Below are positions 8,862-17,046 of a stretch of DNA of 64,000 bases, piece after piece (within the stretch, counting starts at the first letter, position 1; the number at the start of each line of letters is the position of its first letter). The stretch covers positions 1-64,000 of the forward strand of contig CBDCTZ010000008.1 in assembly GCA_965222375.1 (NCBI GenBank). The letters run 5' to 3'. The notes beneath the pieces were generated by a model. That model was not told the origin of the DNA. It saw only the letters and a list, made by a program, of their open reading frames with translations, and did not search any database. The stretch comes from Polyangiaceae bacterium. Its GTDB lineage: Bacteria > Myxococcota_A > Polyangia > Polyangiales > Polyangiaceae. Made by a program: the position numbers and the translations under genes.

Positions 8862-10316
8862 ATGCCTCGCTACGCCCTAGTGACATTTGGCTGTCAAATG
8901 AACCAGCACGACTCCGAGCGGATGCAGGAGGTGCTGTCCAGTGCTGGCTACACCCAAGTGCCGGAGCCGGAGGGTGCCCAAGTCGTGGTGCTCAATACCT
9001 GCAGCGTGCGTGAAAGGGCCGAGCAGAAGCTTTCCAGCGAGGTGGGGCGCTTGGGACTGCTCAAGCGGAGCAACCCGGAGATGTTGATTGCCGTGGCGGG
9101 TTGCGTGGCCCAGCAAGATGGAGATCGGCTGCTGCGACGCCTGCCCCAAATCGATCTGGTGTTGGGCCCGGACAACATCGCGGAGCTGCCCGCGCTCCTG
9201 TCCGAGTTGGAGCAGGGCGGGCCTCCCAAGGTCCGCACACAATTCGATCTCGACGCGCCGGCCTTTCTGCAAGCGGCCCCGGAGCTCAAGACACCGGGGG
9301 TCAGCGCGTACGTCACCGTGATGAAGGGCTGCAACGAACGCTGCACATTCTGCATCGTGCCCCACACCCGCGGGCCGGAACGCTATCGGCCCAGCCGGGA
9401 AATCCTGCATGAAATCCGCGCGCTGGTTGAGGCTGGTGTGCGAGAGGTCACGCTGCTGGGCCAGACCGTCAATAGCTATCGAGACCCAAGTGGCGCACTG
9501 CCGCCGGCGCCCGGTGAAGGTCAGGCCGAGTGGACGCACACGCACCCGACGTCGGCGCGCGAAGACGAAAGCGAATTCTCGGCGTTGCTCCGAGCCATCG
9601 CCCTGGAGGTTCCGCAGCTATTGCGGCTGCGCTACGTGAGCCCTCATCCACGCCACCTGACCTGGTCCCTCATCCTCGCCCATGAGGAGCTGCCGATTCT
9701 GACGCGTCACGTGCATCTGCCGGTCCAGTCCGGCAACGACGGTCTGCTGAAGCGGATGTTGCGCCGTTACAGCGTCGCCGAGTATCTCGAACGGGTCCGC
9801 GCTCTGCGTCAGCGGGTGCAGGGGGTGACGCTGTCCACGGACATCATTGTCGGGTTCCCGGGGGAAACCCCCGAGCAGTTCCAAGATACCCTGGACCTGG
9901 TCGAACAGGTCGGCTTCACCGGCCTTTTTGGCTTCAAGTACTCGCCCCGGCCCTTCACCCCCGCGCAGAAACTCGCGGATGACGTGTCCGAGGTCGAAAA
10001 ATCCGAGCGCCTCGCGCGACTGTTTGCCCTGAGCGAAGCGCAGCGCTGCCGGCATTTGGAAAGCCTGGTGGGCACGGCGCAAGAAGTGCTCGTGGAAGGC
10101 GAAAGCCGAAACGGCGATTACACCGGCCGCACGGAGAAGAACGAGATCGTGCACTTTGGAGCTCGAGACAATCCCACGGGTCAGATGGAGCGCGTCCGGG
10201 TGCTTCGCGCCTTCAAGAACTCCCTCGAGGTGGAGCTTGCGGAGCCTGCGCGCCGCGCACCCCTTCGCCCCAAGCGCGAGAAACCTCAACCCAAGACCCT
10301 ACCGGTGGTGAGCTGA
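8862..10316 (+). CDS. miaB: tRNA-i6A37 methylthiotransferase MiaB
   Basis: TFGCQMN..DSE, NTCSVRE, AGCVAQ, radical SAM CNERCTFC, C-terminal TRAM; start ATG 8862. Confidence 0.96.
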   Translation: MPRYALVTFGCQMNQHDSERMQEVLSSAGYTQVPEPEGAQVVVLNTCSVRERAEQKLSSEVGRLGLLKRSNPEMLIAVAGCVAQQDGDRLLRRLPQIDLVLGPDNIAELPALLSELEQGGPPKVRTQFDLDAPAFLQAAPELKTPGVSAYVTVMKGCNERCTFCIVPHTRGPERYRPSREILHEIRALVEAGVREVTLLGQTVNSYRDPSGALPPAPGEGQAEWTHTHPTSAREDESEFSALLRAIALEVPQLLRLRYVSPHPRHLTWSLILAHEELPILTRHVHLPVQSGNDGLLKRMLRRYSVAEYLERVRALRQRVQGVTLSTDIIVGFPGETPEQFQDTLDLVEQVGFTGLFGFKYSPRPFTPAQKLADDVSEVEKSERLARLFALSEAQRCRHLESLVGTAQEVLVEGESRNGDYTGRTEKNEIVHFGARDNPTGQMERVRVLRAFKNSLEVELAEPARRAPLRPKREKPQPKTLPVVS

Positions 10317-10828
10317 TGGCGATTGTTCGCAAATACCGAGACCGAGAGCCTCGAATCGACCCTTCTGCGTTCGTCGCCGAGTCGGCATCAGTCATTGGCG
10401 ACGTGACGATCGCGAAGGACGCGAGCGTCTGGTACGGCGCAGTGCTGCGGGGGGACTGCGGTTACATACGTATCGGCGCCCGGACCAACGTGCAGGACCT
10501 TGCGTGCATCCACATGACCAGCAACGTATCCAACACCGAGGTGGGGGAGGACGTGACCATCGGCCACGGTGCGATCATCCACGGAGCCAGGGTGGCGGAC
10601 CGCGCTTTGATCGGCATGGGCGCTGTGCTCCTGGACAACGCGGAGATCGGCGAAGAGGCGGTCGTCGCCGCGGGAAGTGTCGTTCCTCCAGGCATGAAGG
10701 TTCCGCCGCGCAGCATGGTGCGAGGAACTCCGGCCAAGGTCGTTCGCGAACTGTCCGAACAAGAATGCCGACTGGGCATCGACGGCGCCGCACACTACCT
10801 GGAGCTAGCTGCGGCGCACCGAAGCTAG
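10316..10828 (+). CDS. Gamma-carbonic anhydrase family protein (YrdA/PaaY-like hexapeptide repeat)
   Basis: LRGD, TNVQD, CIH / GHG / IHG His ligands; translationally coupled to miaB. Confidence 0.9.
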   Translation: MAIVRKYRDREPRIDPSAFVAESASVIGDVTIAKDASVWYGAVLRGDCGYIRIGARTNVQDLACIHMTSNVSNTEVGEDVTIGHGAIIHGARVADRALIGMGAVLLDNAEIGEEAVVAAGSVVPPGMKVPPRSMVRGTPAKVVRELSEQECRLGIDGAAHYLELAAAHRS

Positions 10829-10832
10829 CGTG

Positions 10833-11033
10833 TCAACCGCCGCCGACGAAGTGGACGATTTCGACCACGTCTCCTGGTGCCAACAATGTGGTCTCGTGCT
10901 CGGCCCGGGGTACGACCTCGCGGTTTCGTTCGACTGCGACGGGTCCTTCCGTCAGCCCGAGCTTTTGCACCAGGCCCTGGACGGAGATCCCATCCGCAAC
11001 GCTGTGTTTCTCTCCGTTGACCGTTAGTTCCAC
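10833..11033 (-). CDS. thiS: Sulfur carrier protein ThiS
   Basis: 66 aa, [22 protein letters not shown]-terminus. Confidence 0.93.
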   Translation of the reverse strand: MELTVNGEKHSVADGISVQGLVQKLGLTEGPVAVERNREVVPRAEHETTLLAPGDVVEIVHFVGGG

Positions 11034-11089
11034 GAGGTCAGGCTAGCCGACATCCTCGCGGGGTCAATCGAGACCCGACACCTCGAAGA

Positions 11090-11623
11090 TTAGCTGCAGA
11101 GATTGCCGCAGTTGGTACCGACACAGCTCGACAGGGCGTCCCACTCGGTCTTGCCGCCAGGGTTGGCGCTCACGCAGGCATCGGCACAGCTGCCGCCTCC
11201 GCCGGGACATTTCTGAACGCACTCGATGATGGCATTACAGGCGGTCTTGCCCGTACACGCCGAGAACTGCGCACCGCATTTGGAGTTCACGCAGGCCTCG
11301 CAGGGTGTGGGCCCACTGCCTGCGCCGCCGCCTTGACCCGCGTTACCGGCACTGCCGGCGGAGCCACCGCTGCTGCCCGCGCTGCCCGCGCTGCCCCCGC
11401 CGCTGCCCGCCGTGCCGCCGCTGCTGCTACCTGCGGTTCCTCCACTGCTGCTACCCGCGGAGCCACCACTGCCGCCCCCGGCGCCGCCGCTACTGCTGCC
11501 CGCAGTGCCGCCACTACTGCTGCCCGCAGTGCCGCCGCTTCCGCCGCCGCTATCGTCGTCGCTGCCGCAGGCCAAGGCCGCCGCCGCGGTCGAAACTACG
11601 AACCCGAGATGCGTGAGCTTCAT
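11090..11623 (-). CDS. Gly/Ser-rich lipoprotein with C-terminal Cys-rich domain
   Basis: GGAGG RBS, lipobox ALAC, GGTAGSSS repeats, 10-Cys C-terminal domain. Confidence 0.75.
   Translation of the reverse strand: MKLTHLGFVVSTAAAALACGSDDDSGGGSGGTAGSSSGGTAGSSSGGAGGGSGGSAGSSSGGTAGSSSGGTAGSGGGSAGSAGSSGGSAGSAGNAGQGGGAGSGPTPCEACVNSKCGAQFSACTGKTACNAIIECVQKCPGGGGSCADACVSANPGGKTEWDALSSCVGTNCGNLCS
11340..11550 (-). repeat. Coding low-complexity tandem repeats (about 24-bp GGTAGSSS units)
   Basis: Repeated ctactgctgcccgcagtgccgcc-type units on the + strand. Confidence 0.7.
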
Positions 11624-11789
11624 CTTGTTGCTTCCTCCGCAGATCCCCAAAATCCGCCGTGCAGACCCACATTATCACGCCTTGTAGCGAACAATCTCCG
11701 GCATTTGGAAGAGCCCGTCGGGCCTGGGCGTTTGCTAGGAGTCCCGGCACTTTTGCCGGACCCACCCAACACCCGCTACGATTGTCGTG

Positions 11790-13277
11790 ATGCGCGCTCG
11801 CACTTGGCTCCCCATCCTGCTTGGCCTCGTCGCCGCCGGCGCGGGTGCGGGCGGGGCGCTGGCGTACATGGAGTTTTTGCCCCGGACGGGACCTTTGCCC
11901 GGTGCGACCGTGGATGGCCGCCTCAAGCCGGACAGCGTGGCGCTGGGGGATTGGCTCGAGGCGCGGCGCAAGGCGCTGCTGTCGCGGGAGATCTACCTGG
12001 AACTACCAGATGGTGACGGCAACTTCAAAACCAGCTTTGGCGCCATGGGGTTGGAAGTGGACGTTGGCGAAACCATGCGACGGGTCGAGGAGCACGCCGC
12101 CCGGGGCTCCCTGGGTGCACGGCTTTATCGCGCAAAAAGCGCCAGAGATGGCCACGAGGACATCCCCTTGGCTTGGTCCTTCGACCGCGTGCGCGCCACC
12201 GCCACCCTGAAGAAGTTCACGGAAGATGTTCGCCGGGAGCCAGTGAATGCGCGGTTGGATCTCGTGGGCCACGCACGAATCGAGGACGTGCCGGGCCGAG
12301 CCCTCGACGTCGAAGGCACCCTCTCCCTGATTGCGGATGCCGAGCGCACCGAGCATACGGTGGTTGCACTCTGGACCCGTGAAGTCCCCGCGGCAGTTAC
12401 CAGCAAGATGCTCGCAGCCGTGGACGTGTCCAAGGTGGCCGGCACCTTCGACACGGATTTTTCCAGGAAGTCCAGATCCCGGGACACCAACCTGAAGAAG
12501 GCCGCCGAGTTCCTCAACGGCACCGTGATCGGTCCTGGCGAGACGGTGAGCTTCAACAAGCTCGTGGGACCGCGCCGCCTCGATCGCGGATTCACCTGGG
12601 CTCCGGTGATTGTTGCGGACGAGCTCGAGCCCGGAGTCGGGGGTGGTACTTGTCAAGTGGCCACGGCGCTTCATGCAGCCGCGGTGCATGCGGTGCTCGA
12701 CGTTCCGGCCCGGCGCAGTCACAGCCGCCCCAGCGGTTACGCGCCTCTGGGCCTCGATGCCACGGTCGTCTACGGCGAAGTGGACCTCAAGATCCGCAAT
12801 CCCTACGACACTCCGCTGATCATCCACGCCTTCTTCCCCAAGAAGTACACCCTTCGCGTGGAACTCCTGGGCCGTGATCCGCCAGGCAAGGTCGAACACA
12901 AATACGCGGTCATTCGCAGTCACGACTTCTACCGCCGAGTGTGGACCAAGCCCCATCTTGCGCCGGGTAGGAAGCTGAAGCGTCAGCGTGGGATCCGTGG
13001 CTACGACGTGGTGAGCGTCGTGACCATCACTCAACCGGACGGTAGCAAGAGACAGAAGCGCTACTTCTCCTGGTACCGGCCCGTGCCCGAGGTGTTCTGG
13101 GTTGGCCCGGGCACGGATCCGAGTGAGTTGCCTGAACTGCCCCCGGGGGCAGAACACGTCGAGGTGGACGGCCAGAAGCCCGGAGAAGACGCGACCGCGT
13201 CCACGGACCCGGACGCAGAATCCGGGTCCACGGAGTCGGATTCTGCGGACGTGACCCCGGATGATTCCCGGGGTTGA
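11790..13277 (+). CDS. VanW family protein (N-terminal anchor, PG-binding-like region, VanW domain)
   Basis: SFNKLVGPR, GGGTCQVAT, HS, GLDATV, DLKIRNP motifs. Confidence 0.9.
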   Translation: MRARTWLPILLGLVAAGAGAGGALAYMEFLPRTGPLPGATVDGRLKPDSVALGDWLEARRKALLSREIYLELPDGDGNFKTSFGAMGLEVDVGETMRRVEEHAARGSLGARLYRAKSARDGHEDIPLAWSFDRVRATATLKKFTEDVRREPVNARLDLVGHARIEDVPGRALDVEGTLSLIADAERTEHTVVALWTREVPAAVTSKMLAAVDVSKVAGTFDTDFSRKSRSRDTNLKKAAEFLNGTVIGPGETVSFNKLVGPRRLDRGFTWAPVIVADELEPGVGGGTCQVATALHAAAVHAVLDVPARRSHSRPSGYAPLGLDATVVYGEVDLKIRNPYDTPLIIHAFFPKKYTLRVELLGRDPPGKVEHKYAVIRSHDFYRRVWTKPHLAPGRKLKRQRGIRGYDVVSVVTITQPDGSKRQKRYFSWYRPVPEVFWVGPGTDPSELPELPPGAEHVEVDGQKPGEDATASTDPDAESGSTESDSADVTPDDSRG

Positions 13278-15156
13278 CCCCGAGCCAGAAGTCGCTAACG
13301 CGTCGCCCGTGGGCAAAACTCGTCAGATCGGTGTGGCAGCGGTCTTGCTGCTCGCGGCCTGTGGCCGCGGCAAGAAGGCCGAAGCCGAGGCGGATCCGGC
13401 GCAAAGTGCGTCTGCGGATCCCGCGGTCGCCAGTAGCGTACACACCGCGCCGATTTCGAGCATGGTCGTCGACCACGGCGAGCTCGACACGCGCGCCCCC
13501 TCGGACGCGCCCCGAATGGCAGCGACGCGTGTCGCCACGACCGTGTACAAACTCCCGGATACAGACGCCCGACGTCTGGGCTACGTGCGCCTGGGCGGCA
13601 GCGTGCAGCGGGACGCCGCGCCCACGGAAGGCAAGGGATGCAAGGGCGCTTGGTACCGCGTCTACCCCATGGGCTACATCTGCACCGACGACGCCACCAT
13701 CGAACTCGATGATCCGTTGATACGTGCGGCCAGCCGGAGACCCGATCTCGATCGACCGCTTCCGTACAAGTACGGCTTCGTTCGGGCAACTGCACCGCAA
13801 TACCTGCGCATCCCAAGTGCGAAACAGCAGCGCAAGAGCGAGTTCAAGTTGGACGAGCACCTGGAATGGTTCTCGGAACACCGCAGTGAGGTGCAGACGG
13901 TCATCGTTGGCTCCAACGACGTGCCCCTGGATGCCCGGGGCATCCCAAAGGCCGGACTCAAGCGCGCCCCCAGCGTCAAACTTTCGACCGAACTGTCTTT
14001 GAACGAGCTCTTCGGGGGCAAGGGCGCCGATGATTCACCGCCGTTCTGGCTATCCGACGGCAAGCGTGCGATCCCCAACGTCTCGGGATTCATCGTGCCA
14101 AGTTATGCGGTCTTTGCCGACCGAGTGCGCCGCAAGACTGGCCTGTCTCTGGTGGGCGCCTTCGACACCAAAGACGGCGACATATCCCGGCGTTTCGCGG
14201 TGACCGTGGACTTGCGCCTGGTTCCGACGACCAAAGTCAAACCGGACACGGGCTCGCCCTTTCACGGCGTCGAGCTGAGCAAGAAGTTCCCAATACCTTT
14301 CGCCTGGGTGATCAAGCGCGATTCTTCCACCTACAAGCTCATTCGGGGCAAGGACGAAGCGCGCAAGGCCGATCCAATTCCGAGGCGCGCAATCGTTCCG
14401 CTCTCGGGCAAGGCGCGCATCAAGGCTGGGCGCCGCTTCTACCAAACCAAGCGAGACAAGACGGTCTGGCTTCAAGCCGCTGACATCGGCATCGTGGCGA
14501 AACCCCCAGAGTGGCCCGAATTCGCCGAGAAGGGCGACAAGTGGATCGACATCTCACTGCGTCAACAGACTCTCGTGCTCTACGAAGGCAAACGCCCGTG
14601 GTACGCGACACTGATTTCGAGCGGTCGGGATCGCCTCGGCGACCCCAAGGACAGCCTCGCGACTCCCCAGGGTAAGTTTCGGTTGCAGAGCAAACACATC
14701 GCTGCCGCCATGGACTCCCAGGAAAACTCGACCGTCGCGGGAGGCACACGGGCCAACACCAGCTCCAAGCTCGGCCCTGAGGCCCGAGCCACCCGAGATC
14801 GCTTGCTGAAGGCGGAGAAGGACGGCGACAAGCTCTCCCGTTTGGACGAGCGCCGGCTGATCAACATCAAGAAGGGCCGCCATCCAGAATACGGCGTCAC
14901 GCGACGTCGCGGCGCGGCGGGATTCGAACTCCGGGACGTGCCCTGGATTCAGTATTTTGCGTCGGGATATGCGATTCACGGCGCCTATTGGCATGACGTC
15001 TTCGGGATCCCACGCAGCCACGGCTGTGTGAACCTCGCGCCCATCGACGCGCGCATCGTGTTCATGTGGACGGACCCACCCATCCCCTCGGGCTGGCACG
15101 GCATCAACATCGGCACCGACATGGGGCAGGGGAGCGCCGTTTGGGTTCACGAATGA
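13261..15156 (+). CDS. L,D-transpeptidase (YkuD) family lipoprotein; start may be GTG 13309
   Basis: Lipobox LAAC; IDISLRQQTL, TPQG, AIHGAYWH..FG.PRSHGCVNL catalytic motif. Confidence 0.9.
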   Translation: MIPGVDPEPEVANASPVGKTRQIGVAAVLLLAACGRGKKAEAEADPAQSASADPAVASSVHTAPISSMVVDHGELDTRAPSDAPRMAATRVATTVYKLPDTDARRLGYVRLGGSVQRDAAPTEGKGCKGAWYRVYPMGYICTDDATIELDDPLIRAASRRPDLDRPLPYKYGFVRATAPQYLRIPSAKQQRKSEFKLDEHLEWFSEHRSEVQTVIVGSNDVPLDARGIPKAGLKRAPSVKLSTELSLNELFGGKGADDSPPFWLSDGKRAIPNVSGFIVPSYAVFADRVRRKTGLSLVGAFDTKDGDISRRFAVTVDLRLVPTTKVKPDTGSPFHGVELSKKFPIPFAWVIKRDSSTYKLIRGKDEARKADPIPRRAIVPLSGKARIKAGRRFYQTKRDKTVWLQAADIGIVAKPPEWPEFAEKGDKWIDISLRQQTLVLYEGKRPWYATLISSGRDRLGDPKDSLATPQGKFRLQSKHIAAAMDSQENSTVAGGTRANTSSKLGPEARATRDRLLKAEKDGDKLSRLDERRLINIKKGRHPEYGVTRRRGAAGFELRDVPWIQYFASGYAIHGAYWHDVFGIPRSHGCVNLAPIDARIVFMWTDPPIPSGWHGINIGTDMGQGSAVWVHE

Positions 15157-15166
15157 CAGGCGTTGG

Positions 15167-16936
15167 CTAAGGGTCCCCGACCTCGCTGGGCAGGGGTGAA
15201 ATGGCGAAGGCCGCGTTGATCAGACCAACGTGGGAATAGGTCTGGGGGAAGTTGCCCCATTGCTCGCCGGTTTTCGGGTCGATGTCTTCGCTGAACAACC
15301 CGACGTGGTTGGCGTGGAGCAGCAGCTCTTCGAAGCCGCGCTCGGCTTCCGCCAAGTGCCCGAGCCGTGCCAGGGCTTCGATGTACCAAAAGCCACATAC
15401 GGTGAATGCGGAGTGGGTTTCACCGATGCCATCGAAATGCTTGTAGCGGCGCAAGAGAGGCTCACGAACGAAGAGTTCCTTGGCGAGGCCGCGGAGATGC
15501 CCCTCGGCTTGGGCGTGGCCTTTGGGCAAGAATCCCAGATTGATCATCATGAGCAGAGCTGCGTCGGCATTCTCGCCATCCACGGCGTCGACGTAGTAGC
15601 CGCGCTGCGCGTTGAAGCAGCGGTCTTCCATCAGTTTGCGCGCGCGCTGAGACAGGGAGCTGGCGCGCTTGCTCAGGTTGGTGTCTCGAGATGCTTCGGC
15701 GATTCGCGTCGCTACCTCGGCGCCCACCCAATGCATGAGTAGGCTGAAAGTATGCACCCGTGGGTTGGCACGCAGTTCCCACAGGCCGGCATCCGGAGAT
15801 TCCAGGGTTGCCTCGATTCGCGCCAAAAGACGGGCCACGAGCGGAAGTGAGCGAGCGTGATCCTCGAAGCGAACGTCCAAATACAAAGGAGCGATGGCAG
15901 CGATCATCTCGCCGTAGACGTCGTGCTGCTCTTGGGCGTAGGCCGCGTTGCCGATGCGCACCGGTTTCTCACCCCGATATCCCGAAAGGTGATCCAGTTC
16001 CGTCTCGGTCAACTCTCGCTCACCGTCGATACCGTAGACGGGCTGTAGGCGGTCCGGATCCGCTTCCGCAGTATTCTTGAGATACGAGACGAAGGCTTCC
16101 ATCTCTTCGAAGTGGCCGATGCGACGCATCGCTCGCAGTGTGAAGTAGGCGTCCCGGAGCCAGCAGTAGCGGTAGTCCCAGCAACGGCCTGAACCCGGGT
16201 GCTCCGGCAAGCTCGTGGTTGCAGCCGCCGTGATCGCGCCCGTGTCCTCGTATTGGTGAAGTTTCAACGCAAGGGCGGAGCGAATCACCTCGCGCTGGAA
16301 GCGACCGGGCAAGGCGGTGTGCTTGACCCAGGCTTCCCAGTACCGCTTGGTGTTGTCCAGGAAGACCTCGGCAGTCTGAGCCAGGGGCGCTTCGAGAGGG
16401 GTGCCCCAAGTCAACACGACATAGGCGTCCCGCTCCAAGACGAGCTCCCGGGCGCCGCGAATGTAGGACAGCGGCACGTTTGTGGTCAGACGCAGTTGAT
16501 GTCCGGGTAGGAGCCATTGGATGTGATTGCTGGCTTGATAGGATTCGGGTTGGACCCGCCCGTAGTCGTAAACGGGATTGCAGCGGATGCGGACCACGGG
16601 TTCGCCCGTGAGCGGGCGAATGCGGCGCACGAGCATCGATGGCTTGAAGTAGCGCTCGTATTGTTTGAAGCGAGGCGCAAAATCTACGACCTCGAACGCC
16701 GTTCCTGAATCCGAGCGGAATTCCGACCGCAGTACGTTGGTGTTTGGCAGGTAGGCCTGAGAAACCTCGTATTTCCCCCGGGCAGGCTCGACGGAAAACT
16801 CTCCACCGTTATTGCTGTCCAGTAGGCTTCCGAACACGCAGCTCGAGTCGAATCGAGGCCAGCACATCCACACGACGCGTGCGCGGTCATCGAGCAGTGC
16901 TTGGTAGGTACAGTTGCCGATTAGCGCTAGTTTCAC
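15167..16936 (-). CDS. Glycoside hydrolase family 15 (trehalase/glucoamylase-like)
   Basis: AAATTSLPE, WDYRYCWLRD, GLWELR, GNFPQTYSH motifs. Confidence 0.93.
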   Translation of the reverse strand: MKLALIGNCTYQALLDDRARVVWMCWPRFDSSCVFGSLLDSNNGGEFSVEPARGKYEVSQAYLPNTNVLRSEFRSDSGTAFEVVDFAPRFKQYERYFKPSMLVRRIRPLTGEPVVRIRCNPVYDYGRVQPESYQASNHIQWLLPGHQLRLTTNVPLSYIRGARELVLERDAYVVLTWGTPLEAPLAQTAEVFLDNTKRYWEAWVKHTALPGRFQREVIRSALALKLHQYEDTGAITAAATTSLPEHPGSGRCWDYRYCWLRDAYFTLRAMRRIGHFEEMEAFVSYLKNTAEADPDRLQPVYGIDGERELTETELDHLSGYRGEKPVRIGNAAYAQEQHDVYGEMIAAIAPLYLDVRFEDHARSLPLVARLLARIEATLESPDAGLWELRANPRVHTFSLLMHWVGAEVATRIAEASRDTNLSKRASSLSQRARKLMEDRCFNAQRGYYVDAVDGENADAALLMMINLGFLPKGHAQAEGHLRGLAKELFVREPLLRRYKHFDGIGETHSAFTVCGFWYIEALARLGHLAEAERGFEELLLHANHVGLFSEDIDPKTGEQWGNFPQTYSHVGLINAAFAISPLPSEVGDP

Positions 16937-17046
16937 GGTGCTCCAGTGCCCCCAAGCCTTACAAAAACCCTACCATATACGCGCAGAAGTTTCGTTGCGT
17001 CTCGCTACACGCGCGGCGCCGATCGTGAGATAAACCACAAGATCGA

